The notes under the pieces are model-generated. The model had not been told where the DNA came from. It saw only the letters and a program-made list of their open reading frames with translations, and searched no databases. Shown here in pieces: positions 28,327 through 37,021 of a stretch of 50,655 bases of DNA. The DNA comes from a virus (Duplodnaviria; Caudoviricetes), in IMG/VR virus record IMGVR_UViG_3300021338_000005, positions 1 to 50,655 of that record; one strand, 5' to 3'. Position 1 is the first letter of the stretch; each line of letters opens with the position of its first letter. The position numbers were made by a program, and so were the translations under genes.

Positions 28327-29007
28327 ATGATAGGACAAAATTATGTAAATATAATTCCTGATTGGGCTAAAGTTCTAAACAAGGGTAACTTATCTGGTGG
28401 TACTAATCCTACTTTATCAGATGGTGATAGATTAGAAGGGGAAAGCGGTTCTTTTATAGATACTAGAGCTAACTCAACTGACGGTTTTATGTCTTTAAGT
28501 GATGTTTTGTACATAAATGAAACATTAAATACATCTAGGGTAGTAACAAATAATACTAATGGTTTTGTTGTTGGTAGTACCTTAGCTAATAGTTTCTTAA
28601 GAGTTGACGGTTCAAACGGTCAAACTTATGTAAATATACTTAACTCACAGAATATAAAGACAGAGGCTAACCAATTAAAGGTTTTGGGTAGTTCTATAAC
28701 ATTCTTTAATAATTCAGAGCTTCAAGGAAACACACAGGCTTTAATTAGTAGGCGTTCTACATTCAGCGGTTTTAACGATGGCTACACACATATATTTGAT
28801 AATAGTTTAGGAGGTATTACAATAAATCCTGAAGATTATCATGTAGCTGGATTTAGATACTTAGGAACAGAGGTTGCTAGTATTAAAGGTGATGGTACAA
28901 TGACAATGACAGCTGATAATGGTGATAGAGTTTTAGTTACACCTGTTTTCACTGGGACAGTTGGAGGAATTAAACAATATGCTTTTCAAATAGACGAAAT
29001 AATATAA
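28327..29007 (+). CDS. putative tail fibre/receptor-binding protein
   Basis: G/N/S/T-rich. Confidence 0.55.
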   Translation: MIGQNYVNIIPDWAKVLNKGNLSGGTNPTLSDGDRLEGESGSFIDTRANSTDGFMSLSDVLYINETLNTSRVVTNNTNGFVVGSTLANSFLRVDGSNGQTYVNILNSQNIKTEANQLKVLGSSITFFNNSELQGNTQALISRRSTFSGFNDGYTHIFDNSLGGITINPEDYHVAGFRYLGTEVASIKGDGTMTMTADNGDRVLVTPVFTGTVGGIKQYAFQIDEII

Positions 29008-29010
29008 TAA

Positions 29011-29379
29011 ATGAAATTTTTAAGAACAATAAACGAACATAATATAGCTTATTCAAACAGTAAGTTAGTTGTTAAGGTTGAAGACCACCCAACTGAAAAT
29101 GGGGCTTTTGCGTCTTTAACTCCTATCCAAGAGTTTAATGTTAATGGACAACTAAAATATCAACCATTAGCAATAAATAGAAATCTTAGTAAGGAGTTTA
29201 CAAAGGCTGAGTTAGATGGTTTAGAGGCTTCAATTACTTTTGACCCTTCAGCTTCTGTGTATGAAAAGTATGTTATAATGCTTTTTGAAGGGGCTAAAAT
29301 AATGATAGACCAAGATAGTCATTTTGGTGATATAAATGGTAGTGATTTTGAAGTAGTAGATTTACCAATACAGTTTTAA
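29011..29379 (+). CDS. hypothetical protein (possible fibre chaperone)
   Basis: Position. Confidence 0.6.
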   Translation: MKFLRTINEHNIAYSNSKLVVKVEDHPTENGAFASLTPIQEFNVNGQLKYQPLAINRNLSKEFTKAELDGLEASITFDPSASVYEKYVIMLFEGAKIMIDQDSHFGDINGSDFEVVDLPIQF

Positions 29380-29381
29380 CT

Positions 29382-30581
29382 ATGGGGCAAAGACACGCTT
29401 TAATAAATGAACTTTATCAACCATCTAATGATTTGGTTTTAGACGCTTGGGGAAGACCTAAAGTAGTTAATGATAGGTCTTTACTTCACGGTATGTTTAC
29501 TTTTAATGTGCCTATTGATAAGTGGAGAGAATCAATAAATGGTACAGAGGTTAGTTTTACAAATGCAACTAGTGTTGATGGTAAATTAGTTTTGACATCT
29601 GGAGCTACATTAAATGATAAAACACTACTAAATACATTTAGGAACCCAAGATACCAACCAAACAGAGGATACTTATATTCAACTGCTGTTATACTACCTA
29701 ATGACACAGATTTAGGGAACAGAAGATTTGGAGCTGGAACAGATGAAAACGGTGTTTTCTTTTCTTTAGAGTCTGGAACTTTATATGCTGTTGTAAGAAC
29801 TACTATAGGAGGCTTAACAAGTGAAGATAAACAAGCTATAGATACTACTGGAATAGATTTAACTAAAGGACATGTTTACGATATTCAATTTCAATGGAGA
29901 GGGGTAGGTAACTATAAGTTTTTTATAGATTTACAAGAAGTTTACACTTTTGAATATTTAGGAACTAAAACAGAGTTAACAATGTCTAATCCAGCGTTAC
30001 CTGCTTTTTTTGAGTGTGAAAACTTAGGCGATGAGGTTAAAATAAATGTAGGTTGTATTGATATAACATCAGAGGGAGGTAATGCAAATGGGAAAGAATA
30101 TGGTTCTATAAGTGTTGATAATGATTCTGGTCAAGTTTTAATAAGTGGATTAAATCAACCTATTATAGCTGTTAGAAGTAAATTAACTATAGGAGGTAAA
30201 ATAAATACTAGAGATACTTTAGCGTTACTAGCTAGTGCTTATGGAGATCAAAGATGTGTATTTAGGGTTTGGAAAACTAGAGATTTTACAGCTATAACAG
30301 AAAATGACCAATCATGGAGCGATTATGGTGATGGACATATTGAAAAGATAATATATGACGTTCCAAACGTAGCTAATGAAATGACTTTTGATACTTCTAA
30401 AGCTGATTTAGTTTTTGGATGTAGAGTTGACCAAGACCAAACATACGCGACAAGTGCTTTATTTGAGGGGAGAACAGAAATATATTTAACTCCTGGAGAT
30501 ATGTTTATTTTTACAATGCATAGAGAAACAGGGGGTAGTACCAATGTAGGTGTAACATTTGAATTTGCAGAAGAAATATGA
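29382..30581 (+). CDS. putative virion structural protein, beta-sandwich
   Basis: DAWGRPKV, RYQP, IQFQWRGVG, MSNPALP motifs of a recurrent phage family. Confidence 0.6.
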   Translation: MGQRHALINELYQPSNDLVLDAWGRPKVVNDRSLLHGMFTFNVPIDKWRESINGTEVSFTNATSVDGKLVLTSGATLNDKTLLNTFRNPRYQPNRGYLYSTAVILPNDTDLGNRRFGAGTDENGVFFSLESGTLYAVVRTTIGGLTSEDKQAIDTTGIDLTKGHVYDIQFQWRGVGNYKFFIDLQEVYTFEYLGTKTELTMSNPALPAFFECENLGDEVKINVGCIDITSEGGNANGKEYGSISVDNDSGQVLISGLNQPIIAVRSKLTIGGKINTRDTLALLASAYGDQRCVFRVWKTRDFTAITENDQSWSDYGDGHIEKIIYDVPNVANEMTFDTSKADLVFGCRVDQDQTYATSALFEGRTEIYLTPGDMFIFTMHRETGGSTNVGVTFEFAEEI

Positions 30582-30868
30582 TAATTAAAGTAAACGAAAA
30601 AGGTATTTTTATTGATGTGTCGATGTCTGCATCTTTAACCAAACAATTTGGTACTAGCATGGCTACTATTCCTAGTAGTTTTGTAGCTAAGTTAACTATA
30701 CATAATCCTAATTTAGTAGATGAAATGGTTAAGATAACTGATAAGTTTAGTGATGAGTATCAAACGCATTATAGCATAATAACAAGCATAAATGGGGTTA
30801 GTGGGTTTACATCAAATCAAGAAGTTTTTAACGTTATAAATGACGCATTATTTAATTTTAATATATAA
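30578..30868 (+). CDS. hypothetical protein
   Basis: ATGA overlap. Confidence 0.7.
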   Translation: MIIKVNEKGIFIDVSMSASLTKQFGTSMATIPSSFVAKLTIHNPNLVDEMVKITDKFSDEYQTHYSIITSINGVSGFTSNQEVFNVINDALFNFNI

Positions 30869-30870
30869 AC

Positions 30871-31011
30871 ATGGAAGAAATAACAGATGTGAAATTAGTT
30901 TATTATATAGGTGAAGAAGAGTTCACTATTATAGTTAAAGAAGAACAAATAGAGGAAAAAGTTGTAACTTTGATAAATGAACATATCGGAGGACGGCCAG
31001 ATGACAGATAA
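30871..31011 (+). CDS. 46-aa acidic peptide (not in ORF track)
   Basis: MEEITDVKLVYYIGEEEF...HIGGRPDDR fills the gap exactly. Confidence 0.65.
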   Translation: MEEITDVKLVYYIGEEEFTIIVKEEQIEEKVVTLINEHIGGRPDDR

Positions 31012-31369
31012 AATATTAAGATTAGTTGATGAAAATATAGTATTAATATTTAAAATATTTGTAGGGTTAGGGTTGTTTTCAGCTCTAACTTCTACATTGT
31101 TTTATGAATTGTTACCTAAAGGTTATTTTTACTATTTTAATTCAGCTTCTTTTTTATTTTATGCACTAGGTATTTATACTACTACAAATTCAGTATTTAA
31201 ACATTCTAAGGTTAGTAAATTATTAGTTATTTTTGTTGTACTTGCTACGTTATCTAACTTCATGGATGAAATATTTTATAATGCAACTGAGGTTGAATGG
31301 AACGACATAGTAAGATTAATAATAATAATAATTTTTACGCTAAGATGCAGGAAATATATAGCGACATAA
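31001..31369 (+). CDS. multi-pass membrane protein (start probably 31001)
   Basis: About four hydrophobic helices. Confidence 0.7.
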   Translation: MTDKILRLVDENIVLIFKIFVGLGLFSALTSTLFYELLPKGYFYYFNSASFLFYALGIYTTTNSVFKHSKVSKLLVIFVVLATLSNFMDEIFYNATEVEWNDIVRLIIIIIFTLRCRKYIAT

Positions 31370-31674
31370 AGGGGTTTTTTTCGGAGTATTCAGTTGAATT
31401 AATTTTATTTATAGCTGGTGCTATTGGTTCAGCTATTGCAGATAGTAAAAGCGAGGTTAAATTAACTAATAAACAAAAGGTTATTAGGATGTTTTTCGGC
31501 GGAGCTACTGCTGTATTTTTAACTGAATTAGTTGTATTACTTATAAATACTTATACGCAAATAGAGTTAAGTACTGGTATGAGTGCTGGCGTAGGTTTCT
31601 TCTTAGGTCATATAGGAATGGAGGGTATAACTTCTTTTATGTTGTCATTTAAAAAGAAGAAAGAAAATGAGTAA
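31345..31674 (+). CDS. putative holin
   Basis: Three TM segments, basic C-terminus KKKKENE, in lysis cassette. Confidence 0.7.
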   Translation: MQEIYSDIKGFFSEYSVELILFIAGAIGSAIADSKSEVKLTNKQKVIRMFFGGATAVFLTELVVLLINTYTQIELSTGMSAGVGFFLGHIGMEGITSFMLSFKKKKENE

Positions 31675-32485
31675 TGCGTTAGTTGTTGGTGGTGGTGGTT
31701 CTAAGGGTGCTTATGCGGTTGGAATTGTTGACGCTTTGCAGAAAGAATACGACTATTATTTAGGAACTTCTACAGGGGCTTTGATAGTTTGTTTGGCTAG
31801 TGTTGGAAAGTATGAAGAACTAAAAGAAGCATACACCAACTTAAATACAGATAAGATATTCAGCGAAAATCCGTTTAAAGAAAATGGGAAGTTAAGGTAT
31901 TTTAGAGTGTTGAAAAGGTTTTTAAAAGGTAAAACAAGTCTAGGAGATACAGCTAACTTATTAAATTACATTCGTGAAAACTTCACAGAAAATGACTTTG
32001 AAATAGTCAATAAATTAGGAAAAGAAATAATAGTTACAGTTAGTAATTTAGATACAAAAACAACTGAATTTAGAAGTAGTAAAGATTTAGATTATTTAGA
32101 GTTTACTAAGTCAGTATGGCAAAGTACACTAGCTTATCCTTTTACAGAACATGATAACGGTTGTGCTGATGGTGGATATACGTGCATAGTGCCCATTGTA
32201 AAAGCTTGTAGTTTATCTAATGATATAGATTGTATAATCTTGCAAAAAGAAGAGCAATATAGTAGATTTAGACCTAAGAATATAATTAAGGGTATTGCTG
32301 GAATTATTGACGTATTTATGCAAGATAGTCTTAAAGAAGATTTAAAGGACGTTGATAGAATGAAGTTACATAAAGACTTAAATGTTAATTATTATTATAC
32401 ACCTTACAAACTAACTGACAACTCTATGTATTTCAACAAACAACAGATGATAGAATGGTATAATTTAGGTTATGAAAGCGTTTAA
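31667..32485 (+). CDS. patatin-like phospholipase
   Basis: GGGSKG oxyanion loop, GTSTG nucleophile, DGG. Confidence 0.92.
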   Translation: MSNALVVGGGGSKGAYAVGIVDALQKEYDYYLGTSTGALIVCLASVGKYEELKEAYTNLNTDKIFSENPFKENGKLRYFRVLKRFLKGKTSLGDTANLLNYIRENFTENDFEIVNKLGKEIIVTVSNLDTKTTEFRSSKDLDYLEFTKSVWQSTLAYPFTEHDNGCADGGYTCIVPIVKACSLSNDIDCIILQKEEQYSRFRPKNIIKGIAGIIDVFMQDSLKEDLKDVDRMKLHKDLNVNYYYTPYKLTDNSMYFNKQQMIEWYNLGYESV

Positions 32486-32909
32486 TTTTAATACTTTATT
32501 GATAGTTGGTTTAGCTATTTTTATTTTAATGTTTCCCATTAAGGAAACTAAGATAGTAACTAAGCCAGTAATCAAGACTATTGAAACAAAAGTAAATGAT
32601 TCTATAATTTATATTGATAGGGTTAAAGAGGTTGTTAAATACGAAAAGATACGATTAGATACGCTTTATAATTATCGTGATACGATTCATGATACTGTTA
32701 CTATTATTAAGATTCAGGATACTATTATAAATGTTCAGAAAAACGTTATAATTAGACAAGATACTGTAATACGTACACAAAGCAATGTAATAGCATTAAA
32801 GGATAGTATAATAGGATTAGAACGTATAGAAAACAAAAAGAAAAGAAAACAAATAATCAAACTTAGTCTAGTAGCTTTAGGCACTAGCATAATAGCTATT
32901 TTTAAATGA
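32472..32909 (+). CDS. spanin-like membrane protein
   Basis: N- and C-terminal hydrophobic segments, repeated DT/DS-hydrophobic motifs, coiled coil. Confidence 0.5.
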   Translation: MKAFNFNTLLIVGLAIFILMFPIKETKIVTKPVIKTIETKVNDSIIYIDRVKEVVKYEKIRLDTLYNYRDTIHDTVTIIKIQDTIINVQKNVIIRQDTVIRTQSNVIALKDSIIGLERIENKKKRKQIIKLSLVALGTSIIAIFK

Positions 32910-33301
32910 GAAATATTAAATACATCGTATTACATTGCACAGCTACCAGTCAGGATTCAAAAGTAGAAAGTATAAAGAATTATTGGAAAAATAGATTAGG
33001 TTGGAAAAGTGTAGGCTATCATTACTTAATTGACAAAAATGGAGTAATACACCAACTCGCAGACGAAAACGAAATTACAAACGGTGTAAGAGGTTATAAT
33101 AGCGTGAGTCTGCATATTAGTTATATTGGCGGTAAAGATAAAGACGATAGAACAGAAGAACAACAAGAAGCACAAAGGGTACTTATTAAGATGTTAAGAA
33201 ACAAATACCCTAACGCAGTTATTCAAGGTCATAGAGATTTTGATGGAGTTCGTAAAAGTTGCCCTAGATTCGATGTTAAAGAATGGCTAAAAACATTCTA
33301 A
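32906..33301 (+). CDS. endolysin, N-acetylmuramoyl-L-alanine amidase (T7 lysozyme-like)
   Basis: IVLHCTA, GYHY, GHRDF, KSCP. Confidence 0.93.
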   Translation: MRNIKYIVLHCTATSQDSKVESIKNYWKNRLGWKSVGYHYLIDKNGVIHQLADENEITNGVRGYNSVSLHISYIGGKDKDDRTEEQQEAQRVLIKMLRNKYPNAVIQGHRDFDGVRKSCPRFDVKEWLKTF

Positions 33302-33323
33302 ACTGAAACATTAAAACGTTTCA

Positions 33324-33373
33324 TAACAGCCACTAAAACTCATTAAAACGCGTCTTAGTTTAGTGTTATAAAC
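33324..33373 (+). repeat. compact attC-like element, 27-nt repeat copy 1
   Basis: TAAC-agcc-ACTAAAACTC-attaaaac-GCGTCTTAGT-ttagt-GTTATAAAC. Confidence 0.6.
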
Positions 33374-33428
33374 AGTTATTTTTTATCAAAGTTAATAACT
33401 AATTTTAATTAACAAAACATTTCACATA

Positions 33429-33462
33429 AAAAAAGCCCTAACAAATTAATGTTAGAGCTTTT
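33429..33462 (-). terminator. intrinsic terminator, likely bidirectional
   Basis: AAAAGCCCTAACA-aattaa-TGTTAGAGCTTTT between convergent operons. Confidence 0.75.
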
Positions 33463-33486
33463 ACCTTGTCGGGTATAATTATTTAC

Positions 33487-34023
33487 CTATAATTTAGCAC
33501 TATAAGATATAAACTTTATATCTAAATCTTGTAAATACTTAAAATGCTTTTGTTTTGTGTCTAAAACATTGCCTTTTAAATCTAAAAAACACCTTTTCTC
33601 TAAGTCTAAATTTAGATATTTATGAGCCATTCTATGTTGCTTTGTTTCCATTACAAAAACATCTTCTAAATTATGGTCAAAATAACTCCAATGATGCAAT
33701 TCAATTCCTTTTTCAGTCTTGAACTTTCTGCTAAGCCCCTTATAAATAGATGTTGATTTCCACGGTTTGTTTTTATCTAGTTCTTTTTGTCTTTCCTTAT
33801 AATTTAATCTATGGTATTTTTCTTTAGACCTTAATCTTTCTTTTTCAACCCATTTAGGGTCTTTACTTTTGACTTCATGTGTTTCCCTACTATCTGATTT
33901 TGTACATTCTTTACATTTGTTAAGATGACCATCCCTCATCTGTTTATGTTTGTAAAATTCAGTTAAAGGTTTTTCAATACCACACCTAAAACACACCTTA
34001 GTTTTTATTTCTTTATTTTCCAT
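33487..34023 (-). CDS. zinc-finger / HNH-like endonuclease
   Basis: [30 protein letters not shown]. Confidence 0.7.
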   Translation of the reverse strand: MENKEIKTKVCFRCGIEKPLTEFYKHKQMRDGHLNKCKECTKSDSRETHEVKSKDPKWVEKERLRSKEKYHRLNYKERQKELDKNKPWKSTSIYKGLSRKFKTEKGIELHHWSYFDHNLEDVFVMETKQHRMAHKYLNLDLEKRCFLDLKGNVLDTKQKHFKYLQDLDIKFISYSAKL

Positions 34024-34069
34024 TTGTATTATTTTAAACTAAGATACGAATTAAAAAGGACAAAATAAA

Positions 34070-34411
34070 TCAAAAAGGTAAACTGTCGTCACACTCTTCT
34101 ATTGGTTGAGGATGTAATGGCTTTTCTTCTACAGTTTCATTTTTTAAACCAAATACTTTCCATGCTTGAAGATTAACATAATATTTTCCATTATACTCAT
34201 TACCTCTGACATTGAATGAAACTTCTACTTCTTTACCTACTTGATTATATTTTAGAAAATCTTCAACTCTATCTTGTGTTACTTCAAATTTAACATCTTG
34301 AGGGTACTGGTCTAAAGTAGTTATAACAAATTCAACTTTTGTAAATCCACTATCAAAAGTTTGTTGTTCTCCAATTACTTTAATCTTACCGCTTAATTTT
34401 AATTCACTCAT
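34070..34411 (-). CDS. DUF3127 family, probable ssDNA-binding protein
   Basis: FTKVEFVI..QYPQ..VSFNVRGNEYNGKYYVNLQAWK; acidic tail DDSLPF. Confidence 0.88.
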   Translation of the reverse strand: MSELKLSGKIKVIGEQQTFDSGFTKVEFVITTLDQYPQDVKFEVTQDRVEDFLKYNQVGKEVEVSFNVRGNEYNGKYYVNLQAWKVFGLKNETVEEKPLHPQPIEECDDSLPF

Positions 34412-34416
34412 TTTAT

Positions 34417-34545
34417 TTATTTTTTAATCAATGTTACTTCGTTTTTATTATATTCCGTTGTACAGTCATCATAATTGATGTAAGTATTTCTGTTTTTACT
34501 TTCGTAAACTTCCACTTCTGTACCATCTTTTAATCTTATTGTCAT
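34417..34545 (-). CDS. 42-aa hypothetical (not in ORF track)
   Basis: MTIRLKDGTEVEVYESK... fills the gap. Confidence 0.6.
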   Translation of the reverse strand: MTIRLKDGTEVEVYESKNRNTYINYDDCTTEYNKNEVTLIKK

Positions 34546-34556
34546 AATTATATTTT

Positions 34557-35165
34557 TTATTTATAAATTCCTATTTTTTTATTAAACATTTCCCTAGCTT
34601 CTTTTCCATCTTCACAACCCAAAATTAAACTATTAAATTGTCTTATGCAAATTCTAACTTGTTTTAATGCTTCTTTTAGTTCATTTTCTTTTAATCCTAA
34701 AAATCTATATTTTGTTTTTAAGCCACTTTCTAACAATTCTAAATACTCATTGCCATATCTTTTTTTAATACCCTCTACATATCCTTTTTTATGTTCTGAA
34801 CTATACATATTGCAATAAGCTCTAGCAGAATGTATATTGTGTAAATTGTATCTTATATTTTCATTACCTCCAACATTTTTAAAATGTGCGCCATGAACTA
34901 CTTTCATAGGTTTACCACAATCAATACACTTATAATTAAAATGTTCATCTATTAGCCTTGCAAGTTTATTAATATCAGTTTGTAAATACTCTTTAACAGT
35001 ATTTTTTTTAGCTTTAGGCTTATTGTTTTGTTTTTTGCTTTGCTTCTCCCATTCTTTTAATTTAAGTTGCTTAGAATAGGTTAAAATACAATTTTCATTT
35101 AGACAAGTTTTTTGCAAAAAATACTTAGGTTCAAATTTTATATTACATACTTTGCATCTAGGCAT
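34557..35165 (-). CDS. ninG: NinG/Rap-family junction endonuclease (start revised to MPRCKVC)
   Basis: CKVC..C; CIDCG..HGAHF..RYNLHNIHS..CN. Confidence 0.82.
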   Translation of the reverse strand: MPRCKVCNIKFEPKYFLQKTCLNENCILTYSKQLKLKEWEKQSKKQNNKPKAKKNTVKEYLQTDINKLARLIDEHFNYKCIDCGKPMKVVHGAHFKNVGGNENIRYNLHNIHSARAYCNMYSSEHKKGYVEGIKKRYGNEYLELLESGLKTKYRFLGLKENELKEALKQVRICIRQFNSLILGCEDGKEAREMFNKKIGIYK

Positions 35166-35183
35166 AAGCAAATATACAAAAAA

Positions 35184-35227
35184 TAACTTAAAATAAAATG
35201 CATTAAAACGCACCTTGTTTTTGTGTT
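35184..35227 (+). repeat. attC-like element, 27-nt repeat copy 2
   Basis: TAAC-ttaa-AATAAAATGC-attaaaac-GCACCTTGTT-tttgt-GTT. Confidence 0.6.
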
Positions 35228-35237
35228 TTATTGAATA

Positions 35238-35531
35238 CTACTTAACTAATACAACTTCATATTTAAGTATTTCAAATTCTTTCACTAAAGCCCTGCTATA
35301 AGACCATCTATTTTTTTCGTTCGTGTTTAGGTTATATCTTTCAACTTGTGCTTTATTTACACAGGCTCTTTGGCAATCCCGTTCAAGTACCTTAGATGCT
35401 ACTTTTTCAGAACCGTAAAACTTACCAACCTTAGAGAGGTTTGTAAATTCATCCTTAAATCTTCCTTTCTTCACTCCGTAAAAAAGCCCTGTTGGTTTAT
35501 GTATTATTTTGTATAAGTATTCTTTTTCCAT
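35238..35531 (-). CDS. hypothetical protein between repeat copies
   Basis: YKIIHKPTGLFY..NLSKVGKFY. Confidence 0.75.
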   Translation of the reverse strand: MEKEYLYKIIHKPTGLFYGVKKGRFKDEFTNLSKVGKFYGSEKVASKVLERDCQRACVNKAQVERYNLNTNEKNRWSYSRALVKEFEILKYEVVLVK

Positions 35532-35588
35532 TTCAAATCAATATTTATTGTTAAATATTACGTAATCACTACAATATTGTTTATAGTT

Positions 35589-35615
35589 CATTAAAACGCA
35601 TCTTATTTTTGTGTT
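35589..35615 (+). repeat. 27-nt repeat copy 3
   Basis: CATTAAAACGCATCTTATTTTTGTGTT, 25/27 identical to copy 2. Confidence 0.7.
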
Positions 35616-35746
35616 GTGTGTAATAGGTGGTTAGGCTCGGCTTTAACGTTGGGTTCTAGTCTTATTGTCATCGCTAGTATTCATCCGCTTGAATTTCACT
35701 TAAAACCACCTACTGCAAGCATTTCTGCGCACAACAATGTATAACA

Positions 35747-36058
35747 TTAATACTCTGTAGTTCCTATCATATCAGTAATAGTGTTTTTTTCTGCATACTC
35801 AGCAAAAGTTTCTATTATCTTTATACCACAATGGTAGTCATCTTCGTTGTATTCTTCTTCGTCTGGGTCTGGCTCACTTTCGTTTGGGTCTAATAAATAC
35901 ATTTCACTCCATTTTATTTTAGGTACTCTTTTAACAGTTGTTTCATACAAATCGCCACAACCAGTAAATTTTAAATAGAATTCTTTTGCCTCTTTAATAT
36001 TTGGAGCAAACACCCAATCAGTTTCGCCACCTGAATAACTAAATTCGTATATCCACAT
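35747..36058 (-). CDS. acidic hypothetical protein
   Basis: 103-aa ORF. Confidence 0.75.
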   Translation of the reverse strand: MWIYEFSYSGGETDWVFAPNIKEAKEFYLKFTGCGDLYETTVKRVPKIKWSEMYLLDPNESEPDPDEEEYNEDDYHCGIKIIETFAEYAEKNTITDMIGTTEY

Positions 36059-36075
36059 TTATTAAATTTTTAATT

Positions 36076-36498
36076 TTAGTTAACTTGACTTAATACTTCT
36101 TTATCTAATAATTCAGAATCAATATCAAAGTATTTTTGAATGCAATCTAAAAAAGAATTATAAAGCCTTTCAAACTCCATTTCATCCATTTTATTGAAAG
36201 CTATACTTTTTGCTTCTGTTCTTACTTTTCCATTAAAAGTTTCGTGTTGTTCATAAAATCCACTAGCAATAGTTAAATCTTTTCTAAATTGTTCTAAACT
36301 ATTATAATGATTTTGATTATTATAAGCAATGTTAATCAAAGCCCAAAACTTACGGTGAAATTTTGCGTTTCTTTGATTTTTAATATCAACTTGATAAACT
36401 TTACCTACTTTTATTTTTTTTAAAACTTCATAATCCGAATCAAAAGCAACTTTAAAAGTTCCATTAAGTTGTTTAACTATATTTAGTTTCATTTTCAA
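36076..36498 (-). CDS. DUF1367 family (NinB-like)
   Basis: RNAKFHRKFWAL..KSIAFNKMDEMEFERLY. Confidence 0.85.
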   Translation of the reverse strand: MKMKLNIVKQLNGTFKVAFDSDYEVLKKIKVGKVYQVDIKNQRNAKFHRKFWALINIAYNNQNHYNSLEQFRKDLTIASGFYEQHETFNGKVRTEAKSIAFNKMDEMEFERLYNSFLDCIQKYFDIDSELLDKEVLSQVN

Positions 36499-36571
36499 AG
36501 TCTTTTAACCAACTAGCAAACAATATACGTCTGCTAGTTGATTTTGTTTCTGTTATTAGCTTGTTACACAT

Positions 36572-36985
36572 TTAGTCTTCTTCTGTAAAGTCTGATAAAT
36601 CACATTTCCAATTTTGTATAAATCCATTCTCGTCAATATCCATGATTATATAATCACCATATCCATTACCTTTTGGACACATAATATCAGGAACATAACC
36701 ATCAATTTCTATTACTTCATCATCTTTAATACCCAATAGTGTATAATAACCATCATCACAAACTTTATAGTGTATTTGAGCTATTGTTCCTTTAGTCCAA
36801 TTTATTATTTCTCCATTTTCTAGTTTAATAATTGGCTTCCATCTATCTCCATACTTACATGGGGTTGTACTACCATCCTCTAATTCTTCCCCGTTAATAG
36901 TTCCATCGTCCCAATACCTAACACCTACGTTTACTTTTAAATAATATACTTCAAATGATTTTGTTACTGTTAATTCTATTTTCAT
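36572..36985 (-). CDS. hypothetical protein flanked by 13-bp direct repeats
   Basis: VRYWDD..HYKVCDDG..GYGDYIIMDI. Confidence 0.8.
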   Translation of the reverse strand: MKIELTVTKSFEVYYLKVNVGVRYWDDGTINGEELEDGSTTPCKYGDRWKPIIKLENGEIINWTKGTIAQIHYKVCDDGYYTLLGIKDDEVIEIDGYVPDIMCPKGNGYGDYIIMDIDENGFIQNWKCDLSDFTEED

Positions 36986-37021
36986 AACTTTTTATTGTTT
37001 TTTAAAATTATTGATTTTGTT

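Noticed and set aside
14133-30544. Antisense ORFs within structural genes (14133, 15132, 15359, 17832, 18071, 20118, 20410, 22761, 29486, 30323)
   Set aside because: Shadow frames of well-supported plus-strand genes
35624-35712. Pistol or hammerhead ribozyme
   Set aside because: Only GUGGUUAGG resembles a pistol 5' end; the required stems and core residues could not be built
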